The notes: generated by a model not told the origin, from the letters alone. Positions 36,140-49,899 are shown, numbered from the stretch's first letter. The stretch is DNA of 64,000 nt from Basidiobolus meristosporus CBS 931.73 (GCA_002104905.1 MCFE01000138.1:62001-126000); one strand, 5' to 3'. Made by a program: numbers and translations.

Positions 36140-38100
36140 GGATCATCTCAATAATTTTTCATAGGGACCTAATTGCCTCATTAAGGCTTTGATATGAGCT
36201 GACAACATACTTGCTAATACAGGTGGTGGTGATGTTGTAACAGCCATTTGCTGGTCTTCAACTAAAGATACTGCATTTGATACATTCTCATTTACCTGAG
36301 CATTATGGTCAGCTTGCGGCTCTGTAGAGATTCTAAATTGCATACTTGACTGAGAGGCTGAGGAGTCCACATTATAGCCTTCAGTGGGCACACCATCAAT
36401 ATGGCCTTTTTTGGATATGGCCCTACTTGTTGCACTGTATGTCAAAGTAAGCTGTTGTCTGACTGTTCTACCGCAGTGGTCAGCAGTTGGGTATGGTTAG
36501 GAACAAGATGACTTTGCTTTATCTCATGGCAGCATATCTATGGAAGTGAGTCAAACCAAAGGGGAATAATTTTACATATATGTATGTATGTGGTTCCACA
36601 ACTTTATTTACAATGCTCACTATGGTGGGTCATCATTGAATCTTACATTTACGTAGATGTAATGTCTCAAATACAAGACTCTCTTAGACTCACACAAGTA
36701 TTGACAAAAAAATGATATAATAGCATTATGTTGTTGAGTATCAAACTGTTTGCCCCATGGACAAGACTACCTTTATTCAACACCATAAAAGAAGAGAAAA
36801 AGGACCATGTGGCTATTGAAGCAAGTCTCTCAGCCATGAAGCACTCAGATGGCATAGGAAGTATTACAAGGATCACAGCCAGTGTTTTGCCACACAAGTC
36901 ATATTTGAGCATTCATTAGTCACTACTTTACCAATAATATCTTGACAGCCACTTGATACTTCTATAACCGCATCCAGCAGTACTTGTCTCCTTGTGCTAA
37001 CTGAGTCTGGTGAGTTTGTGACACCTTTAGGCACACCTGGGCCTTCTGAATATGGCATGCAGAGTGATAATGCTGAAGAAGAAGAATCATTGATGGTTTG
37101 TGAGCCTATCTCCCCTTACAACTGTACTCCACATGAGCCTGGCAAAATCCCAATATGAGATGAGACAACACCGGTGGAAAAAACTGCCAAGGATATCTTA
37201 TGGAGCCAAGTGAGCACAATAATTCATGTACTTGTTAATGATGAGATGTTGTGGCTAGAGAAGTGGCATATCACCACTAATATCAGCAATGGGGGCTTTG
37301 AGGATTTACTACTACTTCTTGCAAAAAGCATTCTGGGATGCAACTTACCAGGTACATGGTACAAGTGCACAACCATCATGCAGCTGGCAACATACAACCC
37401 AGAGACTGTCCAGATACTAGCATGTGCTAATAGTTGCATGGCATTCACATCAAAAATGCCACCATTGCAAGGTGTCCAACTTGTCAGGAATCCATCATCA
37501 TTGGGGGAAAACTGTATTCACACTCCAGATGTACTCCAGTAATACCCCATTTAAAGAAGCTTATGCAGTCCAACAAACATTGTGAAGGTATTGAGTACCA
37601 CACTTGATACCAATCAAGCACATACATTTTCAATGTAGATAATGACAAACATTACAAACAACTAAGAAGTAAGGGCTACTTCTAAGGTATGTGTGACCAT
37701 GCCTTTGCCTTGACACTGGATGGGTTTCCATTGAACAAGTACTCTACCAGCAAATTCAGCCAGCCAATGCATATGGTACCAATGGTATGCTGAATCTGGG
37801 AGCTTAGCAAGCATCAGGCTGGAGTACAAGTTTGTGAGTGTAACATAAGTGCGCTAGTTGTGGCAGGTATAAGCATAGGTTCAGGTAAATCAAGAAGAAG
37901 CAATAGTTCAGTTATATTTTAACCATGTTTGGATTATCAATGGTATAAATGGGTAAATAAAGGGGAAATGCTCATATTTCTAATATATTATCAGTACAGT
38001 GGGTACCTAATGGAACAAAACAATTTGGGCCATTTTATGGAGTTGGTAGCATATAGTGACCATTAGATAGCAAACTAAAATAATATTAAGACCATAACAA
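36140..38100 (+). mobile_element. Inverted, internally deleted derivative of the CACTA element
   Basis: 36143-36445 matches the accessory ORF 5' part; 36870-37780 matches the transposase N-terminus (MQLATYNPETVQILACANSCMAF), then jumps to a weak match to the C-terminus. Confidence 0.75.
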
Positions 38101-38994
38101 GGCTGTGATAAGGCTATGGAAGCACTGCTGATGTACCTTTAAGTTTTTCTCCAACAAAAGGATTTCGGATGGTGAAGACTGTTGAAAGTGCTGTAAGATT
38201 TGTAGTTACACCTAGTTATTCACCTAACCTAGTCACTTAGATCATTACCCACAAGTCTTGAAGAACACTGACCAAATTTCTTGCAAGTATTTGCTTTGAA
38301 TATTTTCACCAAAACATCAGGTACCCAGAACATGAAATTCTGATGAGTAGTCCAAGCAGCCCCAAGCTTAGCCTATGTGCTCTGGAGACCTTCCTAAGCA
38401 TATTCTGTATGCTTGTCTTGCCTATAACTTGTAAAAGTATAAATACTACTTTGACATTCAATAAATCACCAAGTGAATATCACACAGTCTACTTATTCAC
38501 CTGATCACTTCCAATATCTCCCAACTCTCACAGCTAAGAGTACCCAGACTCTATGGTAAGGCTGTATTCAGACTACTGAGTAACCATTGGAGCATCATTA
38601 ACTTCTCATCAGAAATGGATTCCTTTGCAGTATAGATTAGAAAAATACCAGGAATCTGTGATGAGACTGCTTAGATACTTACAAGAAGCTGCCAAGACTT
38701 CATGAGGAAAAAAGCTTGCAATTAGCATTATAAGGCTGTCAAGACATCAAGATGAGTTGGCTGAAATCTAAGCTAGCCGGATTTGTATGGAGATAGTGCA
38801 AAATCTTCACCAAGTGATTCAGATCCAATCCATCTGAATTCCAAGATTCTTTTATAGGGAACTTGACTTAGTTGTACCTTAGCAAGTGTCCCCATTAGCT
38901 CTCCACAATACACATATGCATATTCTTTAGCATGGCTGTTACAGAATCTCTTCAGTGCTTCGTTATCATATGCTTTAATACAAAATTCAGCAAT

Positions 38995-39303
38995 GCCAAC
39001 AATGAACCATTAAAATCATGTGCACCAACATACTATGAACTAAAGTCCCCAGACGCCTATCGATTGCCAGACAACGCTCACACAAATTCTGCGCAGAACA
39101 CTGAGACACTTTCCAACCAGAATCAGTACGACCAGGTGCAGCAAGTGGATCAAACATTGTACCAACCAACTGCGCCGACATTTGTGCAATCGTTTACTCC
39201 CGACGAGGATGACACTCATGACTCGAGTGACGACGACGATCAACCATCGTGTAAACGTTGTCAACGACGCTACTGTAGACGTGGATACAGAGGCGGCTAT
39301 TGA
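38995..39303 (+). pseudogene. Secreted family A paralog A1, signal-peptide region missing
   Basis: Has TLSNQNQYDQVQQVDQTLYQP and an RRGYRGGY tail; homology to A4 begins only at ~38995. Confidence 0.7.
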
Positions 39304-39970
39304 TATGAATAAGTTTAATAAATAAGATAATGTAATATATAACCGACATCACTCCAGTTTCTGACAATTGACACTAGGAAAAGTCACAAAAGAGACATGA
39401 CCACAGGGATGGGTGGAACAATGGCGAGTATGAACAGATGTTGAAGTAAGGGAAAGAGCCGATCAAGCGCCAATTTGCACAATTACAATAGGGATGCATA
39501 TTAGTTATGTGCTGGTAATGGTAGTGAGCAATAGTTGGGCTTTGGTATTTTCTCACTCTGCTGATACCAATAAGTATGAGTCAAAAGTTCCAGATTATTG
39601 GACTTGACACGCACCGAATTCTCCTTACATTATGATGGATTCTACCCTCTATAATAGCTGATTCTAGCTTGGAATGGCGATACACTCAAGGAGACCCAAT
39701 TTCCATATTGACTAAACCCATAGAAAACTTATTGAATAAGCTACCCATTACCTTCCAGCAGTACTTCAAGACGTTTCTCACCCCTCTCCTGGATTAGTCG
39801 ATGGACTTTGGGTCATCAGAGGGAAGTGCGGAAATTGGCATGGTGATGAGTTTGTCAAATACCCTTGTTTTCATGATGGTAACGACTATATTTCTGTTAT
39901 CACGTAAAAGGCGAAAAACAAAATGAATAATGGGACTTTATTGGATTTGGGCTCAAGTGCAGTCGGTGTG

Positions 39971-40549
39971 TCATTGAGTGTCTTCCATGGGCTCAGTATA
40001 CTGTGAGTCCTGATCAGCACAGTCATCGCCACATTGAACATCTTCCATGGGCTATGTGTACTGTGTATCTTGGTCAGAGCATCCTTCAACGCATTGGGTG
40101 TCTACTACTGGTGTGGAGTATGTCTCATCTTGTGCAGGCTGAACCATAACAATGGGGTAACCAGAGCCATCTTCGGAGTGTTCAGCACCCTTCTGTTTGG
40201 CGTACTCGGATGCGCTGGCTGAGCCTTCTACTTCGAGACTAGGGCCTGCTTGAAACTGAACATCGAGAATCTTGTCACTGTTGGCGTTGGCAGTGTTCAG
40301 ATTGTCATGCTTTCTGGTCACGGTGGTGAACACCTGACGCAACAATGGCACTTGGACGTTTAGCGTTTCAACAGAGGGCTGAGCCTGGGCTTGCTGGTAG
40401 CAGTTGCTTGCTTGGTCCGAGCATGAATACCTGCGATAACGGACTCTTCTATGCTCACGGTTGCATGATTCGGAGCATGGGACTGGAGCAGAAATGGTGG
40501 CTTGAAGTGAAGCAAGGCCCAAGATCAATGATACAATAAATGTACGCAT
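39971..40549 (-). pseudogene. Secreted family B paralog B1 (192 codons, one late stop; may yield a 165-aa product)
   Basis: Signal peptide MRTFIVSLILGLASLQATISA; GAG to TAG at 40052-40054; the frame continues to the same stop as B2. Confidence 0.8.
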
Positions 40550-40869
40550 CTTTGAGAACTACTGAGTTCATTGCTGAATTCACTCTGGAATATATAGCAT
40601 GGGAACCATCATAACACGGTTACTACATTGATGGTAGCAATAGTTAGTTAACTTTGATCAGATCTTAAATTAGCATTCCCTCTACCATCATCGACTCAAT
40701 CGCATTGATATCGCGTGGTTTCCATGATTACAGTACGATAAATACACCAATATATACACATATGCTTTTGATAATATTTCACCTGTAGTAGGGTAATTCA
40801 CGAATCACGGCTGATGATGTTTCATATTAATATAGGGTGACCAAATGAAATGTTTATTTAATCAATGTA

Positions 40870-41412
40870 TCAATTCCCACTGAAATATCTGATCTTGAAG
40901 TACTTATGTGCCGACCTCTTGTACTTCTTCTGGCCTCCGCCATAGCTATGGGCGGCTGGCTGGGTGATGATGATCCGGGGCTGTTGCTGCTTAGGCTGAT
41001 AGAGGGTCTGGTCGATAACCTGCGCTTGGTCAAACTGATTGGAGTTTGACAGAGCATCAGCATCACTGGATGAGTGAGCGTTCACTCTGTCCAACAATGC
41101 CTTTCTTGGCTGCATGTCGGCTATATTGAAGTTAGGCATGTTGTAGGATGACTCTGGCTGAGTTGAAGTGTCATCCATTGAGTCTTCACCTTCGCCTTCA
41201 TCTTCACCCCCATTCTCACCCATATAGTCATCACCCTCGTCCTGTTCCGGCTGATAGTCATCTGCAGGCGATTGAGTTTCTTGGTAGCAAGGACTTACTT
41301 GCTCCCCGCACAAACTGTCACCATAGCTAACCTGAGAAGAGGTATCTTCTGTGGCAGGGAATGCATGGATAGAAGCAAGGTACACTGCGAGTAAAGTCAG
41401 AGTAAGCTGCAT
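40870..41412 (-). CDS. Secreted family C protein C1, 180 aa, uncharacterised
   Basis: Signal peptide, acidic N-half, N/Q core, basic C-terminus; open frame; paralog at 57455-57979. Confidence 0.88.
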   Translation of the reverse strand: MQLTLTLLAVYLASIHAFPATEDTSSQVSYGDSLCGEQVSPCYQETQSPADDYQPEQDEGDDYMGENGGEDEGEGEDSMDDTSTQPESSYNMPNFNIADMQPRKALLDRVNAHSSSDADALSNSNQFDQAQVIDQTLYQPKQQQPRIIITQPAAHSYGGGQKKYKRSAHKYFKIRYFSGN

Positions 41413-42350
41413 TTTGATGAATAGCGTAAAACCAGTCGTAAGCTCACTTTATAGTGGTAGTTGGCATAGTCTACTATACTACACCCTATATCTGACTCAC
41501 TTGAGGCCATGAATTCACATGCTATGTCCTGCTTCTGTTGCCCATCAACTAACGACTTGTGAAGATATGAGCTCACAAAGATAGACAAAGGTAGTCCCTT
41601 AATCAACCAATGGTGTTTATTTTGTTCTATTACAATATAGTGTTTCTCCAGTTGTAGGACGTTCATCCTTGGCCCTATTAGTCGGTGATCATTGATTCAA
41701 ACAACCATTTAGATATTGGCATGGTTTAGTTATTAGCAATCAAGTTAGATTAGCTTTAAGAACAAATGGTATGGATAATCGAGATTTATTGAATTAAGTG
41801 CGGTTGTCGGTACATTGAGTGTCTTCCATAACGTCAGCATATGCCAGCAAAGTGATGGCGACTTGAGGTGGTTGATGCAATGCATGATGCTAAATCGTAA
41901 ATCTAGCTCAGTATACTACCAAATGATGACTGGTAAAATATCAATTCATTCATAATCCCAAAACACTCACTAAGATTGCTACAGGTTACTATATAACAAG
42001 AGTAGCTTAGCGCCCTTCGACAATGAAATCAAGAACTACATAAGAACGAAGCCATTCCTGTGTGCTCACCTCAAGCCATTCCTGTGTGCTCACATTTTGG
42101 TTTGTCCCTTCACTACCGCATATGTCATTCCAAAGTGGTATAGCAAGCCCAGAATTGAAGAGGAATGTACTGAAGTGATTGGTCGCCTGGATTACGGTTT
42201 CAATCAACCCCTATTCACTGATGATTAACTTTACTCACCTTTGCTTCATAATTTAGTAAACTGGGTTTGGTAGCTGATGATCGTTGATGAATCTAGCAAA
42301 CCATACATAAAAGCAGCTGCTTGCCTTCCAGTGTGTCATCAAAAGCCAAT

Positions 42351-42757
42351 ATGCAGCGCACTTTCCGCATTCTATCCGCCTTTGTATTCCTATTCGGTGT
42401 ATCTTATGCATCGCCCATTGCAACGTATGACAACTAGCAAATAGACCAATGGACTTTGGTGGCAATGCCGACAATGGACCATTAGTGTCATATGCACCAA
42501 CATACTGTCAACTAGAGTACCCAAACGCCTATCCATTGTTGGACAACGCTCAGACGAATTCCGCACAGAACGCTCAGGCACTTTCCAACCAGAATCAATA
42601 TGAGCAAGTGCAGCAAGTAGATCAGACATTGTACCAACCATCTGCATCGACATATGTGCAATCATTTACTCCCGATGAGGATGACACTCAAGACTCGAGT
42701 GACGACGACGATCAGCCATCGTGTGAACGTAGACGTAGATACAGAGGCGGCTTTTGA
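42351..42757 (+). pseudogene. Secreted family A paralog A2
   Basis: MQRTFRILSAFVFLFGVSYASPIATYDN followed by TAG and a frameshift before the 42449 ORF; otherwise collinear with A4. Confidence 0.8.
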
Positions 42758-42784
42758 CTCAATCGGATCATGTAAACACTAGTT

Positions 42785-42862
42785 TGGCATTCATAATAAA
42801 TCCTATCGTATATGGCATTCATAATAAATCCTATCGTATATGGCATTCATAATAAATCCTAT
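42785..42862 (+). repeat. 28-bp tandem triplication containing AATAAA, downstream of A2
   Basis: tggcattcataataaatcctatcgtata starts at 42785, 42813 and 42841; single copy at the paralogous site ~46723. Confidence 0.9.
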
Positions 42863-43265
42863 AAAATAATCGCTACTTCTGTAAACTATCCAACACACAC
42901 ATTTCTTCTGCAAACAAGATTACACCAACTGACATCAGAGGAGACGTGACCACAGGGATGTGTGGAATGAGCATCACGAACATTTTGGTTTTGTTCTCAC
43001 CAATTTGCGAACAATAATGATTAAACTACTAAAATGGAAGTGACAAGCAATCTACATAAATGAATGATGGTATAGGTAATGAAGTGCGTAGATCGATGAT
43101 ACATCGGTTTAATTGGCTGTGAATTGTTTATATACATATTTTTGTGGTTTGATGATTGGCCACATAGAATAGCTATCAACTTACTCAGCTGGGCTTCGGT
43201 TGCTGATGATTGCAGATAAACACAAAAGCAACTTTTTGCATCCCAGTGTGTAACTAAGTGCCAAT

Positions 43266-43652
43266 ATGCAACGTAATTTCCGCATTTTATCCACGCATTT
43301 TATCCACCTTGGTACTCCTATTCGGAGTATCCTATGCATCGCCTATTGCTACATATGGCAACCAATAGGTAGACCTGGGTGTCCAAGTGGACTATGAGAC
43401 TGAACCATCGATGCCATATGCGCCGACAGGTTACCAGCTGGAGTCCCCGATCACCTATCCCTTGTTGGACAATGTTGAAACTAATTTCGTACAGAATGCT
43501 CGGGCACTTTCCAACCATCTACGTCGACATATGTGCAATCATTTACCCCAGACGAGGATGAAAACCAAGACTTGGGTAACCACGATGATCAGCCATCGTG
43601 TAGACGTTGTCAACGACGCCACCGTAGACGTAGATACAGAGACAGCTATTGA
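43266..43652 (+). pseudogene. Secreted family A paralog A3
   Basis: 13-bp duplication in the signal region, premature TAG, and a 49-bp deletion between two ccaacca repeats that removes most of the core. Confidence 0.8.
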
Positions 43653-44318
43653 TGAAAACAGGTTGTTGGTATTTCTACATTTTATAACTGTTGTGATACC
43701 AGCATAATAAATGGGGTAATGTATCATATAATCGATGTCACACCAGTTTCCCTATTCATGTAGACTATCAAGTACACACAATTATCGTGCAAATAAGCTT
43801 TCAAATATGAACACTGAAAAAAATGTTACATAAGAGATGTGCCTACAGGGATGGGTGGAATAACGGCGAGTATCAACAGAGGTTGAAGTAAGGGAAAGTG
43901 CCGATCAAGCGCTAGTTTGCATAATTATAACACGAATCGCTCGTCTGTGGTGCATATAATATGTGCTCTCAGGATACCATGTTTTCTGGTAATGGTAGTG
44001 AGTAGTAGTTGGAATTCTTGAGATAGCGATACACTCTAGGATGCCCGATCTCCATATTGACTAAGCCCTCGTTGAGCTTATTAAATAAGCCACTCACTAC
44101 CTTCAAGCAGTACTTCAAGACGTTTCTTACCCTTCTCCTGAATTGGTGACTGGACTTCGGATCATCAGAGCGAAGTGTGGAAATAGGCTTGGTTTTAAGT
44201 TTGTCAAACGCTCTTTGCTCCCATGCTGTTAATGGCTATATTTCTGCTCACATATGAGGCGAAAAATAAAATGAATAATGGAACTTTATTGGATTTGGGC
44301 TCAAGTGCAGTCGTTGGT

Positions 44319-44897
44319 TCATTGAGTGTCTTCCATGGGCTCAGTATACTGTGAGTCCTGATTAGCACAGTCATCACCACATTGAGCATCTTTCATGGGC
44401 TCAGTGTACTGTGTATCTTGGTCAAAGCATCCTTCGATGCATTGGTTGTCCACTACTGGTGTGGAGTATGTCTCATCTTGTGCAGGCTGAACCATAACAA
44501 TGGGGTAACCAGAGCCATCTTCGGAGTGTTCAGCACCCTTCTGTTTGGCATACTCGGATGCGCTGGCTGAGCCTTCTACTTCGAGGCTAGGGCCTGCTTG
44601 AAACTGAGCATTGAGACTCTTGTCATTGTTGGCGTTGGCAGTGTTCAGATTGTCATGCTTTCTGGTCACGGTGGTGAACACCTGACGCAACAATGGCACT
44701 TGGACGTTTGGCGTTTCAACAGTGGGCTGAACCTGGACTTACGGGTAGCAGTTGCTTGCTTGGTTGGAGCATGAATACCTGCGATAACGGACTCTTCTAT
44801 GCTCACGGTTGCATGATTCGGAGCATGGGACTGGGGCAGCAATGATGGCTTGAAGAGAGGCAAGGCCCAAGATCAATGATACAATGAATGAACGCAT
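44319..44897 (-). pseudogene. Secreted family B paralog B2
   Basis: MRSFIVSLILGLASLQAIIAAPVPC... with an in-frame TAA at the codon that is CAA in B1; same 579-bp length as B1. Confidence 0.82.
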
Positions 44898-45236
44898 ATT
44901 TGAGAACTACTGAGTCCATTGCCAAGTACACTCGGGAATATATAGCATGGGAGCCATTATAACATGGTTGCAACATTGATGGTAGCAATAGTTAGTTAAC
45001 TTTGATGAACTCACGCTTTATCAGATTGAAAATCAGCATTCTCTCTAATATCGTCGACTCCATCGCATTGATATTGCGTAGTCTACATGATCAATGTACG
45101 ATAAATAAACCGATACATACACCAATAAATACATATATACTTATGATATTTCAGCCGTAGTATGGTGATTCACGAATCACGGCTGATGATGTTTCATATT
45201 GATTTAAGGTGGCCAAATGGCATGTGTATTTATTCA

Positions 45237-45750
45237 ATGTATCTGTTCTTGAAGTACTTATGCGCAGATCTCTTGTACTTCTGGCATCCACCACGGCTAC
45301 GGGTGGCTGGCTGGATGATGATGATCTAGGGGCTGTTGCTGCTCAGGCTGATAGAGGGTTTGGTCGACTACCTGCGCTTGGTCAAACTGATTAGAGTTCG
45401 ACAGGGCATCAGCATCACTGGATGAGTGAGCGCTCACTCTATCCAACAAGGCCTGTCTTGGCTGCATGTCGGCTATATTGAAGTTGGGCATATTGTAGGA
45501 TGACTCTGGCTGAGTTGAAGTGTTATCCATTGAGTCCTGACCTTCGCCTTCATTGCCGCCCTCATTCACATCCATATAGTTGTGATAATCTTATAATGAA
45601 TATACATTGATACCCTTGACTATCACTACTCCTATGACTCTATAATTTCAAAGCAACACAACACTCGGTTAATGTTACGACTTGAAGATTTATCTGGTGC
45701 AATAGAGGCCAATTGGGTATAGGCGATGTATGAAGCCTGTGAAGTGATGG
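45237..45750 (-). pseudogene. Secreted family C paralog C2
   Basis: Core ALSNSNQFDQAQVVDQTLYQP retained; start codon is ACG, the N-terminal region is disrupted, and the 3' end is frameshifted or deleted. Confidence 0.75.
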
Positions 45751-46290
45751 TGAGTTGCGTTTTTGCTAAACCTACCCAAGGTGGTTGATGCAATGCATAA
45801 TGCTAAATCGTAAATCAGGCTCAGTATACTATTGACTGATGGCTGGTGAAGATGTTAATTCATTCGTAATCCCATAACACTCACAAAGATTGCTACAGGT
45901 TGCTATATAACCAGAGTAGCTTAGCATTCTAAAACTATGAAATCAAGAAGACCGAAGCCATTCCTGTGTGCTCACCTCAAGCCATGAGTCACTTTCGCTT
46001 GTCCCTTTGCTACCGCATATGTCATTCCAAAGTGGTATAGTAAGACCAGTATTGAAGAGGATTGTTTATTTATTTTTCTTGATGTACTAACGTGATTGGT
46101 CGCCTGGATTACGGTGTTAATCAACTCTTACTCACTGATCATTGCAATGAAAGTGAAATGGTGATTAACTTTACTCACCTTTGCTTCATAATTTAGTAAA
46201 CGGGGTTTGGTAGCTGATGCGCGCTGATGAATCTAGCAAAGCATACATAAAGGCAACTGTTTGCCTTTCAGTGTGGCATCACAAGCCAAC

Positions 46291-46695
46291 ATGCAACGCA
46301 CTTTCCGCGTTCTATCATCCTTGGTATTCCTATTCGGTGCATCTTATGCATCGCCCATTGCAACCTATGACAACCAACAAGTAGACCAGGGCATCCCAGT
46401 GGACTTCGACAATGAGCCATTAATGTCATACACACCAACATACTATCAACTAGAGTCTCCAGACGACTATCCATTGTTGGACAACGCTCAGACTCATTCT
46501 GCACAGAACGCTGAGGCGCTTTCCAACCAGAATCAATATGAGCAAGTGCAGCAAGTCGATCAGACATTGTACCAACCATCTGCACCGACATATGTGCCAT
46601 TGTTTACTCCCGACGAGGATGACACTCAAGACTCAAGCGACAACGACGATCAGCCATCGTGTGAACGTAGACGTGGATACAGAGGCGGCTTTTGA
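46291..46695 (+). CDS. Secreted family A protein A4, 134 aa, uncharacterised
   Basis: ATG at 46291, signal peptide MQRTFRVLSSLVFLFGASYA, open frame, N/Q core, acidic linker, RRRGYRGGF tail. Confidence 0.88.
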   Translation: MQRTFRVLSSLVFLFGASYASPIATYDNQQVDQGIPVDFDNEPLMSYTPTYYQLESPDDYPLLDNAQTHSAQNAEALSNQNQYEQVQQVDQTLYQPSAPTYVPLFTPDEDDTQDSSDNDDQPSCERRRGYRGGF

Positions 46696-46994
46696 CTCAA
46701 TCCGATCATGTAAACACTTGTTTGGCATTCATAATAAATCCCATCATAAAATCGCTATTTCTGTAAGCTATCCAACATATACAAACAAGATTACACCAAC
46801 TGATATCAAGAAGAAACAGCGTAGACGTGACCACATGACAAGCAATAAGAATACTTCTGTCAGGCATATTGGACGGCAAAACCTATATGCTCACAGCATC
46901 ATGAACATTCTTTTAATGACTCCTCACATGATTCATTTTCGCTTTGTTCCCACAAAACTACGAATAATAACAAATAAACTACTAAAATGGAATG

Positions 46995-47045
46995 GTGGTG
47001 AGCAATCGTGGTGAGCAATCCTGGTGAGCAATCGTGGTGAGCAAT
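46995..47045 (+). repeat. 13-bp tandem repeat x4
   Basis: (g/c)tggtgagcaatc x4; only one related copy at the paralogous position ~43040. Confidence 0.9.
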
Positions 47046-47151
47046 AGATGGAAGATTGTTGATCAATGGTACATAGGTTCAATTGGCTGGGGATTGTTTG
47101 ATGATTGGGCACCTACAAGAGCTATCAACATAAGGAAAACTTTACTTAATG

Positions 47152-47222
47152 AAAACCAAGACTCGAATGAAGATGACAATCAGACATCATGTTACCGTAG
47201 ACGTAGATACAGAGACAGCTAA
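47152..47222 (+). pseudogene. 3' fragment of a family A gene (A5)
   Basis: ENQDSNEDDNQTSCYRRRRYRDS matches the A3 C-terminus. Confidence 0.65.
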
Positions 47223-47619
47223 TGATATGAACAGGCCTAATACTATTGTGATCCCACTACAATAAATAGGTCAATGGATCATGTAGTCATTACTACTCCT
47301 ATTCATGTAAGCAATTAGCAAGTAGAGCAGTCTCCGTACAATGCCATATATGCCGAACTACTGGAGTCCATTGCTTTACAGCTCTCAGGAACTTGACCAG
47401 ATATTGTATCAACTATCTGCGCCAGCTGACTTATCCATTTTGACTACTCAGAAAGGTACTACTGGCTGATATTGCGGGACTGCTTTATTCTGCTCTAACC
47501 TTACTCTTGTTCCTGTGCTGGCATGGATCATACTTCTGCTATTACATATTAAGCAAGCAATATATAATCAACGCAAATCTAATGGCTTTAAGGTCATTCC
47601 CCAGACTCAATATAGTGCT

Positions 47620-47850
47620 CATTTTGTTTAGCACACTCATTGCCATATTGGGCATCTTCCATGGGCTCTGTGAACTGTGTATCTTGGTTAGAGCATCCAT
47701 CAATATAACAGGTGTCTTCATCTGCTATGGAGTATGTCCTATATTGCACAGGCTGATCCATAACAATGAGGAAATATTTGTCATACCTGAATGAACTGTC
47801 TTTACCTTCTTACTCAGGCCAGGGCCTGCCTGGAACCTGACATCAGCTCT
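47620..47850 (-). pseudogene. Degenerate 3' fragment of a family B gene (B3)
   Basis: gggcatcttccatgggctctgtgaactgtgtatcttggttagagcatcc and caggccagggcctgcctggaac align with the B1/B2 3' half. Confidence 0.65.
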
Positions 47851-49899
47851 TCTGTCTATCCCCAAGAGTTAAAGGCTGGGATCTGTATCCTTAGGCTCAT
47901 AACTACCTACAATTGCCATATAAGTCTCTTATTTGTTGCAAACAACAATACTGCTCTCTATGCAGCCAAGATACATAGCCTCAGGCTGTGGCCTTCAGAG
48001 GTCTTCAGCCTGAGGCTTCAATATGTCTATAGTCTGCAAGCACAAACCTCAGTGACTAAAAGATCCCAATGGAGACCCTTTTATGCTGAAATCTAACTTC
48101 AGGCTTCCATCCACCAAGGGCCTGAATGTGAGGCTTTTACTTGCAAAAGTAGTTATTGGAGGTGCCTGTCCAATGATAGCCTTGGCTTGATGTCTGTATT
48201 TGCAAAAGCCATCAGTCTAGCATTCCTCTCCATAGGTGTCTCAACTTGAGGCACTCATTTATCAAGTACTGCAGCTCACTGATTACATTAGAAAAAGCCT
48301 TGACATTGAGCTTGTAATGGCCAAACCTGTATTTGTGGCTCTCTCAGACTAAAATCAAGGCCTGAAGCTCTAATCATCTGAAACCTGAGTTCAAGGCCTT
48401 GCAGAAACAAGCCTTGACTTAATGTCCTTGGAGGTTGACAATCTGAAACCAAGGCTCTTTCCAAATGGATATCTTGGCATGAGACTCACACTACCCACTA
48501 CTCTGAGTTGCTACCCCTAAATGTTGAAACACTCATGCCATCTTGTTGCCTGACTGAAAGTCTTCAAGCCTTTCAATGGTGCAATGATTTGCAATCTACT
48601 CAAAACAAATTTCTCCCTCAACCAAGACCTTTCAGCTAATACCATCCCTAGTAGACATCCCAGTAGTTTTGCTGCAAGGAAGAATTACAAGTGGTACTGT
48701 GATGCTATTTTTTTACCTAACAATGCATGAGATTTGCATATTCTTTTGGGTGAGACAATGTGGCCATAAATTAAGCACATAGAAGTGCTTATCACAGCAA
48801 TGGGGCTTGAGGCTATGAAGCATATATCAAGACCCCAACTTGAAGACAACAGTGATATAAGAAGCTGTAAATATTTTAAAGCTAAGTGTACCAATATATA
48901 AGATGCCATCAAGTATCTGCCATGTCATAGTCTTGCAGCAAGTGTACTCTTAGATTATCAGGACCCAAAGCCAGGTGATTTATATGCAACCTGCTCTTTA
49001 TGCAATATACAGGAGCCAGGCAAGTAGGTGAATGTCAGTTTATAATTGATACACTAAGGTAATATATTGGCAATGCCATAAACTCTCAGTCACTAAATGG
49101 CAGGGATGTTAAACCAAAGGCAATAGACCTCTCAAGAGCATGTTGATAGTCAGCCAGGGAGCCATGAGTACAAAGCTGGAAGACATCAAGTATCAGGAAG
49201 GGCACTACCCAAGCAGTAGCTGCATTGTGGTACTCATAAAGAAATGGGCAAAGAACCATATTCAGAATTAATGATACTGGCAGCAGTGAAGTTATGAGAG
49301 AATAGTTAGCTAGGCCAAATCATCAAGGTTCTAGTTATTGCTCAGTGTATCCATACAAGTAGACATCCATAACAGGGATGGTTATGGACCACTAAGAGGA
49401 GTGAATAAACAAATAATAGTCCAACCTTAAATACATGAGCGCCACTGCAAAGAATTCCTGCTTATGTACTGTACAACTGAGTGATTGTGGCTTTATAGTG
49501 CCATACTGTGCCACACAGTGCAGTATGCTCCCAGGTTCTAGTATGCTTAGTCTTTTCCAAGAGATTCTTTGTCATTGGGTGAAGGAAGTGAAGGTAGCTA
49601 GCATTCAGAACTTTGACAATTAAACTCCACTTGTGGATGTCAGGCATGTTTTAGGGCCAAGTTTGCAACCTACTTTGACCATGTAAAAAGTAATTTGTTG
49701 CTGCAGGAGGATCCAATCCGTGTTTGCCACCAGGACCCCACATTGATGCCACTGCAATACTAGCAAGTACTACTTGTGCTGCTCTCAATTGAGTTATGGA
49801 GGCGTTGTAATAGCATTGCTGACTAGACTTCTGATGTGGTACAGAACTTGGCAGTGCTTTGCAGTGGTTACAGTCATAATACCACAAACATGTGGCTTG

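Noticed and set aside
38100-38900. hAT or MULE transposase remnant
   Set aside because: CpG-depleted and TE-like, but no motif could be read with confidence.
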